DNA of 64,000 nt, from positions 620,001 through 684,000 of the forward strand of contig CAKKNE010000004.1 of the NCBI GenBank assembly GCA_918797485.1, given 5' to 3'. Below, piece after piece: positions 49,757-60,188 of the stretch. This DNA comes from Pelagomonas calceolata. Lineage: Eukaryota. Made by a program: the position numbers and the translations under genes. Under the pieces are notes generated by a model. The model saw only the letters and a program-made list of their open reading frames with translations. It did not search any database and had not been told where the DNA came from. Numbering within the stretch: position 1 is the stretch's first letter; each line of letters starts with the position of its first letter.

Positions 49757-50623
49757 TCACTTGCGCCCGTACCTCGCCACGAGGCCCAACTGAGCAAAAG
49801 CCGCGCCAAGTCCTATGACGTTCGGGCCCCATATATAAACGTCGTCGATCACCAGCAACCCGTAACCGATCCATGTGATCGTGTTCACCGTGGAGAATAA
49901 CGTAAAAGCGAGCGGGATGGCCGCCGCGTTTTTTGTTGATATAACTTTTCTGGCCGCCGCGAGGGGCCCGGCGAACATCGCGGGCAGGACGCCGCACCCG
50001 ATGAGACCCACCGTGTGTGCTGCGGCTTCCTGTTCTAGCGCTAATGCAGTGCCGACGGCCAGCGCCGCGACGCTCGACGCGGCGATCACGTAGGGCGCGA
50101 AGGGCGCGTCGGCCGGCTTGTGCTTGTGGAAGGTGTACGTGTAGTACATGCCTAATGATACCGCCGTGATATTTGGTAAAGCTACCGTCGGCGCGCCGAT
50201 TAATACGCCGTACGTCAGCCAGACCGTGCCGTTGGCCACCATGAGCGCATAGGGTGCGACCGAGGCGTCGCCCGTCGTGCCCTTTTGCGCGTAGCCCCGC
50301 ACCGCGGGTAAGGGGCTGACGAAGACGCCCTGGAGGAGCACGGGCGGCACGACGGTGAGGGCTTGGGCGACCTCCGGGCCGACGGTGATTGATCGTTTGT
50401 ATGTTTGTCGGTCGCGGTCCGGTGCCGTCGTGAGGGTCCAGACGCCGCGCATCGACGGCATTGTTAGGGTGGCGCGCCGTGGTGTGGCAGCTCGTAGGGC
50501 TGCGCTGCGCCGTGCTGTGCCGCCGCGCAGGGCTGCGCTCGCGTAATGAGCTGCGTGCGGTGCGCTGGCTGTCGGACGCCGTAGCGCGGCACCAGGCAGT
50601 CGCCGCAAGACGTGGGCCCGCAT
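49757..50623 (-). CDS. SWEET/MtN3 sugar transporter with N-terminal extension
   Basis: SPLP..KGTTGD..PY..NG.VWLTYG..PN; GPLAA..VISTKN..IP..WIGYG..D..IWGPN. Confidence 0.9.
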   Translation of the reverse strand: MRAHVLRRLPGAALRRPTASAPHAAHYASAALRGGTARRSAALRAATPRRATLTMPSMRGVWTLTTAPDRDRQTYKRSITVGPEVAQALTVVPPVLLQGVFVSPLPAVRGYAQKGTTGDASVAPYALMVANGTVWLTYGVLIGAPTVALPNITAVSLGMYYTYTFHKHKPADAPFAPYVIAASSVAALAVGTALALEQEAAAHTVGLIGCGVLPAMFAGPLAAARKVISTKNAAAIPLAFTLFSTVNTITWIGYGLLVIDDVYIWGPNVIGLGAAFAQLGLVARYGRK

Positions 50624-50868
50624 TCGTGATTAGCAGGTACCTGACGAGCTGCAGAGGAGTCGACGACCTTCAGCGTGCGGCTAAAAAAGCGCTTGCAGAG
50701 CCTTTGCAAATGAGGCTGTAGCCTAGTGTGTCTCGACACGATAAGAATTATGCTTTGTAAGACAGCAAGTGCATCGTGCTGGCACTGCTTCTGCTCCGCT
50801 CGCCATTAAGTAAGCCTGTCAGGCAGTGCTCGTAGACCACATCAATCCGCCGCAGCGGTGCAGCAACG

Positions 50869-52173
50869 ATGCGCCGGCTGCTGGCCGCCTGCACACTCAT
50901 CCACAGCGCACTGCCCTTTCAGGCCGCGCCGCGGCGCGCCCCGCAGCGGACGCGACGACGGACGCAGCACAGCGCCACCAGCGCGGACTGGCGCGAACGC
51001 TGCGACGCGGAAGGCGTCGTGAGCTACTACGACTTCGGCGTCCGACTGAAAGAAGACGGCCACGCCGCCACCGCGCCCAGACAAAGCGCTACATCATCCT
51101 TCGCGAAAGCGCTCGACGAAGCGCTGAGAGGCGACAGCACGCATTTACGGGAAGAGCTCGCCAGTGATGTTGTGTGGCAGCACGGTCTTGGGGAAGCGAA
51201 AGGCGCAAAAGCCGCTTTAAAACTTGTGGAGGAAGCCGGGGACTTCTACGACGATCCACGGTTGGACGTCCTCTCATCATCGGACAATGAATTCAGGTGG
51301 CTCGCGAGCGGGACCCAACCGGTCCAATGGTCTCCTAGAGTGCTCGTGCATGGCACTACTACAATAACGCGGCAAGATGGCAAAGTAACGCGCGTTATTG
51401 ACAGGTGGGACTCGTCCCCGACGGACATAGGCCTGCAGCAGGTCGCGCCGAAGTTCTGGGACGTCTTCGACCTGTGGGCCACTCCTGTTGCCGAAACGCC
51501 CTGTGAAGAAGTACTAAATGAGTTCAAGTTCAGTATGGGCCAGGCTCGTTTAGTAAGGTCGCCGGAGCGCTTGTGTCTGGTCTGTTCGCTGGATGACGTC
51601 TCGAACTCGCGGAAGCAGAGAGTGGCCTCAGCTTTACCTGACTTTGTATTTCTCGCGGACACGCGGTCGCCGACGGACGTGATAGCGGCAACCACCACAC
51701 CTTTGTCGGTGTCGATCGAGGCCCTGCCCCGTGTTGATGGAGAGCCTCGAAAACGGAGGGTCACGTGGGCGCTGCCGTTGCCCACAGCTTTAGGTCTCGA
51801 CTTTGCATCACTCCCGGAGCTGCCTCGTAAGGCAGAGTTGAACGATGGCGGGTTGGAGCTCGGCGTGGCCGAGAACCCTTCATTAACATATGCTCTACAG
51901 CCCGCCAAACTCTATGTTTGTGCTTCCTATTCAGGCGATCCACAGGACGCGGCAGCGGCGCCGCTGCGGAAGGCGCTCGCGGAAGCGGCCGTCGCGCAGG
52001 GCCTCTCGTTAGTTCCGGGCGCGAACGGCGGCGCCGCGCCGGCCGTTTTGCGGAAGTGGCGGGCCAAGCTCGGCTACTCCGACGTCGGAGCATTGGCCTA
52101 CGCGATGGAGTCGAACGCGCCCTCGTGGGTTTCAGTGGATGGGAACGAGCTCTGCGTCGAGGTAAGGCAGTAG
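50869..52173 (+). CDS. Plastid-targeted SnoaL-like + SOUL-like domain protein
   Basis: Signal/transit leader; DVVW..VHGTTTI..GKVTRVIDRWD; C-terminal F/YSG..LRKAL..NELCVEV. Confidence 0.55.
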   Translation: MRRLLAACTLIHSALPFQAAPRRAPQRTRRRTQHSATSADWRERCDAEGVVSYYDFGVRLKEDGHAATAPRQSATSSFAKALDEALRGDSTHLREELASDVVWQHGLGEAKGAKAALKLVEEAGDFYDDPRLDVLSSSDNEFRWLASGTQPVQWSPRVLVHGTTTITRQDGKVTRVIDRWDSSPTDIGLQQVAPKFWDVFDLWATPVAETPCEEVLNEFKFSMGQARLVRSPERLCLVCSLDDVSNSRKQRVASALPDFVFLADTRSPTDVIAATTTPLSVSIEALPRVDGEPRKRRVTWALPLPTALGLDFASLPELPRKAELNDGGLELGVAENPSLTYALQPAKLYVCASYSGDPQDAAAAPLRKALAEAAVAQGLSLVPGANGGAAPAVLRKWRAKLGYSDVGALAYAMESNAPSWVSVDGNELCVEVRQ

Positions 52174-52258
52174 TTTCTTTATCTGTTACGGTGTTACGGG
52201 AGGAGATATCCACCGCGCGTCGCCGATTCACAAGACAGTACTAGTAGTTACAGAAGTG

Positions 52259-52687
52259 TTACAGATCGCGCACGGCGAAGGCGGGCGCCTCGCTCCGCAC
52301 CCAAGACAGCAGCGCCGCCTCGTCGGGCCGACCCCGGAAGGTCGACGCGAGCTCTCCGTTCCGGTACAACTGGAACGTCGGTAGTTTCGAGACGGAGTGC
52401 TCGTCGGCCAGGGCCTCGTTGTCGTCGGCGTCGATCCTAAAATAGCGCGGGCCCGCGTGGGCCTCGGCGCACGCCGCGTAGTGCGGGCCGAAGCGGCGGC
52501 AGTGGGGGCACGTCGGTGAGTACCACATGACGAATGCAGGCTTTTCCGACGCGACGACGGTGGCGGCCCACGACTCCGCGTCTACTTCGATCACTCCGCC
52601 CGCGGACTCGCGACTCGCCTCGAAGAAGGCATGACATTGGGTCGTTCGGAGCAGTAGAACGAGCAGTCGTGTGGGGCGGGAAGGCAT
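52259..52687 (-). CDS. Thioredoxin/PDI-like protein with signal peptide
   Basis: WYSPTCPHC, RIDAD..LA..VSKLPTF. Confidence 0.88.
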   Translation of the reverse strand: MPSRPTRLLVLLLRTTQCHAFFEASRESAGGVIEVDAESWAATVVASEKPAFVMWYSPTCPHCRRFGPHYAACAEAHAGPRYFRIDADDNEALADEHSVSKLPTFQLYRNGELASTFRGRPDEAALLSWVRSEAPAFAVRDL

Positions 52688-52954
52688 CGGTACTGGCTGG
52701 TGTCTGTGCAGCCCCCTGATCACAGATGCGGTTCTCACGCGAAGGGCTGCAAAAAAAGCGTCCGTGAGGCTCGCGGAGGCCAGTAATTGACGAAACCGAT
52801 GCGTTCCTGTTGTGCTGGTGGCGTTGGGCTGCTGCCGCATATGCGCTATCCTAGTGTGTTACAACACACTGGCTGATTATTGGCCGCCACTCAGCAAACT
52901 TGAACGCTGTGTTCCTCCATCCATGGGCTGTCGATAGTATCTGAAACAGCTAGC

Positions 52955-54217
52955 ATGCGTCTCGCACTTCTATTGGCTACGGCGTTCGCGCTGCAGCCCC
53001 ACCGCAGACCGCCCACGCGATGCCTGCGACACATTGCTCGCACAGCTACAGATCCTTCTCCGCCGCCGGACACGAGCGCGGCACCAGCCAAACGTCCCTC
53101 ACGGGACCGGAGGCTCGCCTTGGCCGTCGAAGCGCTTGAAACCGGCGCACGAGACGACAAAGATGTCGTCGCCGCGAAGGTCGACGCGCTCCGCCTGAAG
53201 GCCAAGGGCCAGATGCGCACGAAGCTCGACGGTCTGCGCAAGCGCCTCGACGCACTTGGAGCGCCCGCGGCGGCGGGCGCAGCCGCACCGCCACCGGCGC
53301 CGAAACCGTCGCAGAAGCCGGCGCCGAGAGCGCCGCGAACTCCGAAGCCGACTAAGGCGCCGGCGAAGGCCAAGGCGTCGGCAAAAGCGCCGGCAAAAGC
53401 GCCAGCAAAGGCGCCGGCAAAAGCCAAGGCGCCGCGGCCTCGGGCCAAGCAGTCGAACGCAACGAAGGTGCAGAAACGCCAGCCGAAGAAGGCCTCACGG
53501 CCGGCCGTCGTCGCCGGCGCCAGCGTCAAAGGTACGGTCGTGTCCACGACGTCCTACGGCGCCTTCGTGCGGCTCGACGGCGCCAAGGAGAACAGCAAGC
53601 CCGCGTTATTACATGTGTCGGAGATCTCCGACGAGTTGGTTCAGGATGTGGCCAAAACCTTGCCGGTCGGCAGCCGCGTCGAGGCCACCGTTCTGTCGGT
53701 CGACGCGACCAAGGGCTTCCGCGTGGCCCTCTCGACGAAGCGGCAGCGGACGACAAAACCGACGCCCTTCGTCGAAGAAAAGGCGCCCGTCGCGAAGGCC
53801 CTTAAGAATCTTCCCGGCGCGCCGCCGTCCCCGGCGCTGCGCCTCGAGCAGCTCGCCGACGAGCTCTCGCTCGACGACCTGGATCTGTTAATAGAGGCCT
53901 CGCAGAAGAAGAGGAGGCGGAAACGTGCCCCGAAGGTGAAACCGGCGGAGGAGGAGGCGCAACCGGCCGTGCCCGCCGCGACATCGTTAACCGCGGCCTT
54001 CCAGTCGCCGGAGCGCGTCGCGGAGCAGAAGCGCCAGGAGTTCGAGCTGCTGATGCAGGACGTCGTCTACGAGTCCGGCTCGTCGCTGACGGACCTGCGA
54101 TTGCTCGAGGGCCTGCGCGGCAAAAAGAAAAAGGGCCAGTCGGTGTTCGCGACGGGCTTCTGGACGAAGCTCTTCAAGCCGCCGCCGCGGCCGGGCCGGC
54201 CGCCGGCCGAGAAATAA
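52955..54217 (+). CDS. Plastid-targeted S1 RNA-binding domain protein with PAKA repeats
   Basis: VKGTVVSTTSYGAFVRL..LLHVSEISD..VGSRVEATVLSVD..VALS. Confidence 0.82.
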   Translation: MRLALLLATAFALQPHRRPPTRCLRHIARTATDPSPPPDTSAAPAKRPSRDRRLALAVEALETGARDDKDVVAAKVDALRLKAKGQMRTKLDGLRKRLDALGAPAAAGAAAPPPAPKPSQKPAPRAPRTPKPTKAPAKAKASAKAPAKAPAKAPAKAKAPRPRAKQSNATKVQKRQPKKASRPAVVAGASVKGTVVSTTSYGAFVRLDGAKENSKPALLHVSEISDELVQDVAKTLPVGSRVEATVLSVDATKGFRVALSTKRQRTTKPTPFVEEKAPVAKALKNLPGAPPSPALRLEQLADELSLDDLDLLIEASQKKRRRKRAPKVKPAEEEAQPAVPAATSLTAAFQSPERVAEQKRQEFELLMQDVVYESGSSLTDLRLLEGLRGKKKKGQSVFATGFWTKLFKPPPRPGRPPAEK

Positions 54218-54231
54218 ATATGTGTTGATAC

Positions 54232-55990
54232 TTAGAGCGCCCCGCTGATGATCGCGTCGAGCAGCCGCCGCTCGAACTGCAGGTCGCACCCCTCCTCGGC
54301 GTCGGCGTCGGCGCCCGCCAGCGCGCCGCCGAGCTCGCGCTCGACGAGCTCGCGCGCCGCCTGCAGCGCCGCATCTCTGTCTTCATCGTCCGTCGGCAGA
54401 TCAGGAGGTGGCGGCGGCGCTTGCGGTTGCGGTTGCGGCGGGGGCGCTTCTAGCAACTTCGCGGCCGCCGCGTCGATGTTGCCGCCGGTAGCGCGTAAAG
54501 CGTCCTCCGCGGCAGAAACCTCGGCGCCCATGGAGACGAGCGACGCCAGGGCCGTCGGGTCCACCTGTGTGTGGAGGTCGATGAGTACGCCATCGCCGCG
54601 ACGGGACTTGTATACGCGGGCGACGCACCGGCGCGGTTAATTCAGCGATGGCCGCGTCGGCGTCGTTGCGGTGGCGCTTCAGCGCGTCCAACCGCGCCGA
54701 CTCCGACGCCCGCTTGGCGCCCCTTCGCACGCGGCTCAGCGACTCGGCGTCGATCAAAGAGCCGTCAGCGGCGACCTCGCCTGCCATGGCCGCGGGGCGT
54801 GCCCGGTTCGCCGCCAATCGCCCCGCGCGCTCCGTCAGCTCGTTCGCCGCTCGTATAGAGTTGCCCTCGGCTCTCCGTAAAGCGCCGCGGGCGGCGCGCG
54901 GTGAATGGCCCAGTTCCTGCAGCGGCCGGATCGCCGCCTCGGAGTGTTCTAAGGCGACAAGCATAGCGTCGGCGTCGCGGATGCGGTCCGCCGCCTGCTG
55001 GCCGCGCGCGCGCGCCGCGACGCACTCTAGGACCAGCAGTCGCGCGAGCGGCACGAATGCAGCCGGGACCTTTCGTCCCCGTCTCGCCGCATCCACACCG
55101 CGACTCTCATAAACGGCGTCGTAGCGCTTCACAAGCGCCGCCCGCGCGGCCGCCAGGCGCCGCTCGGCGTCGTCCACACTCGACGCGTCGCCGAGCGCGC
55201 AATACGCCCGCACGAGGTCGAGCTGCAGGAACCCCAGGTTCGCAAGGTCGCGGAGCCCGGGACTCGCGGCGACGGCCTTCTGAAACTCCGCGTCGGCCTC
55301 TCGCAGCCACGCCACAGCGTCGACGGCGCGGCTTCCTCCGCTCATTCCATCTCCTAACGCTTGCCGGCCCCGCGCGTGGCAACATAAAGCTCGCACCAGC
55401 GGCGCCCTCGCGGCGTGGTGGACGTCCACGCGTCGCCCGGAGCCGCCGTCGCTTAAAGAAAAGTGCCTATCGCTGGCGAGGACGTCACAGGCCTCGAGGA
55501 CGCGGCGCCGCTCGTTCGCGGCGAGGGCGTCCGGGTCCAGCATGTCCTCCGTTTTAGGAGTACAAGCTACGACGCACCGCAATCCTTCGCCGTTGCGCGT
55601 CGCGTCGGCGGGCCAGCCCTGCTCTTTTAATGATTCCGCGTCCGTGAGCGCTTTACCACCTCCAACGATGCGCACGTGCTGCGTGCGCACGTCATGCCCT
55701 AAAGCCGCGGCGACGGCGGCGCGCGCCACGGCGCCCGGGAGCTCTGTGGATACGCGCACCGAGAAGTTGGTGCCTTGCAAAGTGATGAGTGTCCGTTGCG
55801 CGAGCTTGGCGAGGGCGCTCTGCCTCAGGTCGGCGAGGTGCGCCGCGACGTCCTGTTCCGGAGCTTCCAGCACTCCAGCGTAGGTCTTCGCCAGCGCGTC
55901 CACCTTTGATGCGTCGTCGTAGGGCGGCAGCCAGAGCTTGACCTTGTCTTCTCTTAATTTATCGCGCACCGCGTCGCGTAGACTACTCAT
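54232..55990 (-). CDS. NUB1: NUB1-like (Ubl + UBA) protein; 2 exons (intron 54565-54628)
   Basis: LREDKVKLWLPPY, Ubl-like GGKAL..SLKEQG, LQLDLV, UBA repeats incl. spliced VDPTALASLVSMG..ALRATGGNIDAA. Confidence 0.8.
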
Positions 55991-56199
55991 AGTCCTTGCG
56001 GGAGGAAGACGTCTCCTTTCACCACTTGTCCCTCGAACGTCAGGTCCTCGTCCCTTTTGAGGTCTTGCAGCTCGACGTCGCCCAGCGCCTGGCTCTCGAC
56101 GCGCTGGAGGCGTCTGAGGACGACGTAGGCCGCGCTCCCGATGCCGGCGAGGCACAAGACCGCTAAGATTAGGATGTCGGCGAGGGAGTTGTCGGCCAT
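55987..56199 (-). CDS. 70-aa single-pass membrane protein overlapping NUB1 start (ATGA)
   Basis: ATG start, TM ILILAVLCLAGIGSAAYVVL followed by RR, coding-like codons. Confidence 0.55.
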   Translation of the reverse strand: MADNSLADILILAVLCLAGIGSAAYVVLRRLQRVESQALGDVELQDLKRDEDLTFEGQVVKGDVFLPQGL

Positions 56200-56622
56200 A
56201 TATCGTCGTGTGGAGTGGTGGTGGTGGGTGCGAGCGCTCTGCGGTGGTCAGAGAGCTGTGCGAGGGGCGGTCGCAGCTGTGGCAGTGTGAGAGCTCTGGG
56301 TGTTCAGAGAGTACGGCCGATTTACTGGGGCGCTACGGAACGCTGTTGTTCGCAGAGCGGTGGAAAACCGAGTTTGGCGCTTCTATCAAGCAGGTGCGCT
56401 GCTCTTTTGGATGCGTTCGTGTGGCCAAATTGCTATGTGCTCTTGCTGCCCATCCTCCTGCCGCAGCTCAGGTCGCGGGCGGGCTTCGTCGCGCGGAGGC
56501 ATGGAGGAGCTTGTGACCGGTCTCCCCAGGACGAGAACAAGCAGGCTTCCGCGAAACGCCTTGTAAAACCCGTCTCGAGCAATTCCAAGTTTTTGATTCG
56601 GCTCCTCCGAGCCACGCGGCGC

Positions 56623-57408
56623 ATGCGACCCCAGGCGGCGCATTCGCCGAGACACCGACGCCAGGCCGCCGCCGACCGCCACCGCCGCGGCGAGGCAGCC
56701 GACGACCCAGCACCGGTGTGGTACCACCCACCCTCACCAGAAAGGATGCCCATTGCAAGGGACGATCCGCCGCCGGCGCCGCCGACGACGGACGCCGAGA
56801 CCGACCAGTACTGGGAGGAGAACAAGGGCGACGCTACGACTGACAGTGCCGTCTTCAAAACGGCAAGAGACGAGGCGCCCACCGCGCCCTCGCGGCCGCT
56901 CAAGCGCACGGGGTCCGGCGAGGTTGAGTTCGAGATCGTCGCTAGCCCGCATGCTAAAATTGGCAACGAGGGCCGCAGCGAGGAGCAACGAGAAGCTCTA
57001 CGGAGGGAACACGAACGGTTGTGTGAGCTTGATAGGATTGCGAGGCAACAAAGACTAGAAGCGGAGGCGGAAAGGGATAGGATCGAGGAGGAGCGGCGGC
57101 GGCGAGACGCTGCTAGACCTCTGCACCAGGGCCAGCGGATTACCAATAGGGGCAGGCAGACGCGGCAGCTCGTGTCCGCTCCCGGCGACGCCTTTAGCGA
57201 CGTGCGCGGGCCGCCGCCGCCCGTGCGCCGCGTCGCACCGCCGCCGGCACCGCCGCGGTCGCCCGCCAAAAAAGGCGACGTCGCGTGGCACCTGCACCAG
57301 GCGCTCGAGGCGAGTTTGCAGGAAAATGATAAACTCAAGGCGGAGCTCGCGCGGTACAAGGCGGCCTACGGGGAGCTGCCGCGGGATGGTAGAAGGACGT
57401 ACCGCTAG
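56623..57408 (+). CDS. Hypothetical coiled-coil protein
   Basis: ATG 56623; charged helices; C-terminal LQENDKLKAELARYKAAYGEL. Confidence 0.6.
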   Translation: MRPQAAHSPRHRRQAAADRHRRGEAADDPAPVWYHPPSPERMPIARDDPPPAPPTTDAETDQYWEENKGDATTDSAVFKTARDEAPTAPSRPLKRTGSGEVEFEIVASPHAKIGNEGRSEEQREALRREHERLCELDRIARQQRLEAEAERDRIEEERRRRDAARPLHQGQRITNRGRQTRQLVSAPGDAFSDVRGPPPPVRRVAPPPAPPRSPAKKGDVAWHLHQALEASLQENDKLKAELARYKAAYGELPRDGRRTYR

Positions 57409-57603
57409 CGGACGCCTCGTCGTCGTCACGCCGGCGGGCGCTAGGTCGCTGCGTCGTCGCGCCGCGCGCGGCGCGCGAGAAGGCGCTAGGTCGCCGCTAG
57501 GCGTAATTGTAACGGGAGCGGTTGACGTGCTATCATAGCCGCCGCTGGGGCGGTTTTTTGGATGCAGGGCGCGTCCGAATTCAAACGCAAAAGGGCGCGA
57601 AAC

Positions 57604-57627
57604 TCTAGTGTGTCTACGAGCGCTAGC
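57604..57627 (-). promoter_or_regulatory. Motif copy (variant)
   Basis: rc GCTAGCGCTCGTAGACACACTAGA upstream of methyltransferase gene. Confidence 0.6.
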
Positions 57628-57751
57628 CTCGCCGAGAGCACTGGCAGGCTAAATTGCCGGAGGAGGCAACCGCTTGCTCGCTTCGATCGCGAGGAGTTCG
57701 CCCTTGCCATAGCGCAGCACCTCGTGCGCGCGACACGACTTCCAGATCCAC

Positions 57752-60025
57752 ATGGCAAGATCTGGTGCTGAGCAGCCCGCGCTGCGGGTCTTACATCACG
57801 TCACCGCGCCGTACCGGGGCCGCGGGCAATTCGTTGGCATCGTCGTCAGCGTTGGCCGCGGCACTGTAGACGTGCACTTCCGAGACGGCGACTTCGCGGC
57901 CGGCGTGGACGCGGCGGCGGTGTCGCTGTACACGGGGCGGCGCCCGCGCGCCAGCGCCGGCTTGCCCCTCGCCGAGCGCATGCGTGTGGCTCTTCTGAAT
58001 CAGCCGTCGACGCCTCTCGTTGTCGTGGCGTACGACGACGCCTACGCCGTCGTCAGCGGCCCCGACGGCAACCGCGCGTACCAGCGGGACATGCTACGCG
58101 CGTTCGACGACCACGATTCGTCCGAAGACCAGGCGCCGGCCACGCCGATGGACGATGATGACGATGATGACGAAGACGCGCCCGCGCCGCAACTCGCGCT
58201 CGGCGAGACGGTCATGGTGGGACGCGTCGGGCACGTGGCGACGGTCGAGCAGGTGCCGCGCGCCAGCGATGAAAAAGTGCTGCTGCGCTGGGAGAGCACG
58301 GGCCACTGCGAGGAGGTCGCTCTCTCGGAAGTGGAGAAGCTCTCCGCGGGCCGCTCGTCGCGCCGGTCGGCTCCGCGGGCGCCGGTCGCGACGCCGCGGC
58401 CCTCGCCGCCGGCCGCGCCGCGAAGGCAGGCGCCGCCGGTGCCGCGCGTCACGCCCTCGCCGACACCTGAAGCGGCAGATAGTTCGGACGACGACGCTTC
58501 GTCCGTTCTGGCGCTTCGGCAGTACCAGCCGTTAGCCGATGATACCGGGACTGGTCAAGCCGATGCGCCGTTCGAGGGTTGTTTCTCGGACGACGAGGAT
58601 CCGGCGCCCAAGCGGGCGCGCAAGGACGAGACGGCGGACGACGAAGCCATCGCTGTCGCGCTCGCGGGTGTGTCTTCGGACGACGAGGGCGCCGCGCCGC
58701 CTTCGCAATTGGAGATCCCGAGGAACCTGCGAGACCACCTCAAAGGCGGCCCGAACGACCAAGCTCCGGCGCTCATGCCGCGGGACGACAGCGACGACGA
58801 CCGCGACGGCGAGGCGCCGGCGGCACCGGTGCGGTCGCGCCAGATTGTCGTCGGCGACGACGTGTGGGCGCGGTTCGGAGGCAGGGACGACTTCTACGCC
58901 GCGACGATCACCGCGGTCCGCCCCGACAACACGTACGACCTCATCTACCGGGACGGCGACGAGGAGTCGCGCGTCGCCGCGCCGCTCGTCCTGGCCGTCG
59001 GACTCACGTTCAAGGTGCGGTTCCGCTCGTCTGGAGAGCACCGAGGCACGGTGACGGCCATCGACCGCGTCAACGGCGTGACTCTGGCGTGGCGGCCCGT
59101 TGTGCCGAAGCCCGGCGAAGGCGTTGTCGTCGAGCACGAGACGCGCTCCTTCGACGAGGTCCGCACGGAGGTCATCGAGCGCGCGACGCCCAAGCCGCGC
59201 GGCCCGGTGGCGGCGCCGCCCCCGCCGGAGAAGAGAACGAAGGGCACGCGCGCCGCCCGGCGGCTCATCTTCGACCCGCGCGCGCCGCCGAAGCCTGCGA
59301 ACCCGCGCACGCGGGAGCCGGTCTTCAAGGAGATCTTTGCCGGGACGAAGAGACTCTCGACCGAGCTGCAGACGACCTACGGCTACGCGTGTGAGACGGT
59401 CGACGACATGACGTGGCCCGGCGCGGCGCGGCCGAGCCGGCGCTGCTGCGTGCTGGACTACTCGATCGAGAACGTGGGCTGGGTCGACGGGGCGCATTTT
59501 GCGTTCCCGTGTAGGACGTTTAGCGCCCTGGCGATCGAACATCACCGGCCGTTGGTCGTCCGGGGCCGCCGCGTGCTCGAGGGTTCTTCGATCTCGCCCG
59601 AGGCGCAGAAGGCAAACGCCGTCGTGCGCCACTGCATCGAGCTCATGCGCGAGGCGCGACGCGTCAACCCAGAGTGCGTGCTCATGGCGGAGAATCCCGC
59701 GACGGGCTACCTGCAGCACTTCCAGCCCTGGAAGGACGCGGTCCGCGAGTTCGGGCTCGTGCGCCGCGACGTCACTTACTGCAAGTTCGGCGAGCCGATC
59801 CGGAAGCTGACGTCGTTCTGGAGCGACATCCCGGCGCTCCACCAGGAGGCGGCGGACGACCGCCTCTGCTGCTCCGCGGAGAAGCCCTGCCAGCACTTCG
59901 GGGCGCACGAGTCCGTACAGGGCGACGTCGCCAGCGCCGCGAGCGCGTACCCCCAACGAGTCGCCAACTGGCTCGCGCGGCTCGCGAACGGCGAGATGGA
60001 GTCGCGCGGCGCGCGGCGGCGCTAA
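57752..60025 (+). CDS. Tudor-like domains + C5 cytosine DNA methyltransferase-like domain
   Basis: EIFAGT (motif I), FPCRTFS (IV), MAENP (VI), YCKFG..RKLT (VIII), SAYP (X); N-terminal SH3/Tudor-like barrels. Confidence 0.8.
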   Translation: MARSGAEQPALRVLHHVTAPYRGRGQFVGIVVSVGRGTVDVHFRDGDFAAGVDAAAVSLYTGRRPRASAGLPLAERMRVALLNQPSTPLVVVAYDDAYAVVSGPDGNRAYQRDMLRAFDDHDSSEDQAPATPMDDDDDDDEDAPAPQLALGETVMVGRVGHVATVEQVPRASDEKVLLRWESTGHCEEVALSEVEKLSAGRSSRRSAPRAPVATPRPSPPAAPRRQAPPVPRVTPSPTPEAADSSDDDASSVLALRQYQPLADDTGTGQADAPFEGCFSDDEDPAPKRARKDETADDEAIAVALAGVSSDDEGAAPPSQLEIPRNLRDHLKGGPNDQAPALMPRDDSDDDRDGEAPAAPVRSRQIVVGDDVWARFGGRDDFYAATITAVRPDNTYDLIYRDGDEESRVAAPLVLAVGLTFKVRFRSSGEHRGTVTAIDRVNGVTLAWRPVVPKPGEGVVVEHETRSFDEVRTEVIERATPKPRGPVAAPPPPEKRTKGTRAARRLIFDPRAPPKPANPRTREPVFKEIFAGTKRLSTELQTTYGYACETVDDMTWPGAARPSRRCCVLDYSIENVGWVDGAHFAFPCRTFSALAIEHHRPLVVRGRRVLEGSSISPEAQKANAVVRHCIELMREARRVNPECVLMAENPATGYLQHFQPWKDAVREFGLVRRDVTYCKFGEPIRKLTSFWSDIPALHQEAADDRLCCSAEKPCQHFGAHESVQGDVASAASAYPQRVANWLARLANGEMESRGARRR

Positions 60026-60104
60026 GCTCGCGGTCTGAGTAAGAAGCTATTGTGTGATATCTCTTGCTGGTCTGGTATTGTTAGGCGCTAGGACTCGCTG
60101 GGCA

Positions 60105-60127
60105 GCTAGCGGCTGTAAGACACTAGC
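60105..60127 (+). promoter_or_regulatory. CTAG-bracketed intergenic motif copy
   Basis: GCTAGCGGCTGTAAGACACTAGC upstream of ARM gene. Confidence 0.7.
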
Positions 60128-60188
60128 AATAGCTCAGCCGGCAAGCGAGCGGGCCGTACGCGCTGCGAGTGCAATAATCGCTGGCCTT

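Noticed and set aside
58532..59956. 474-aa minus-strand ORF (also 16080-17306 and 60956-62017)
   Set aside because: Antisense to well-supported genes, no domain signal
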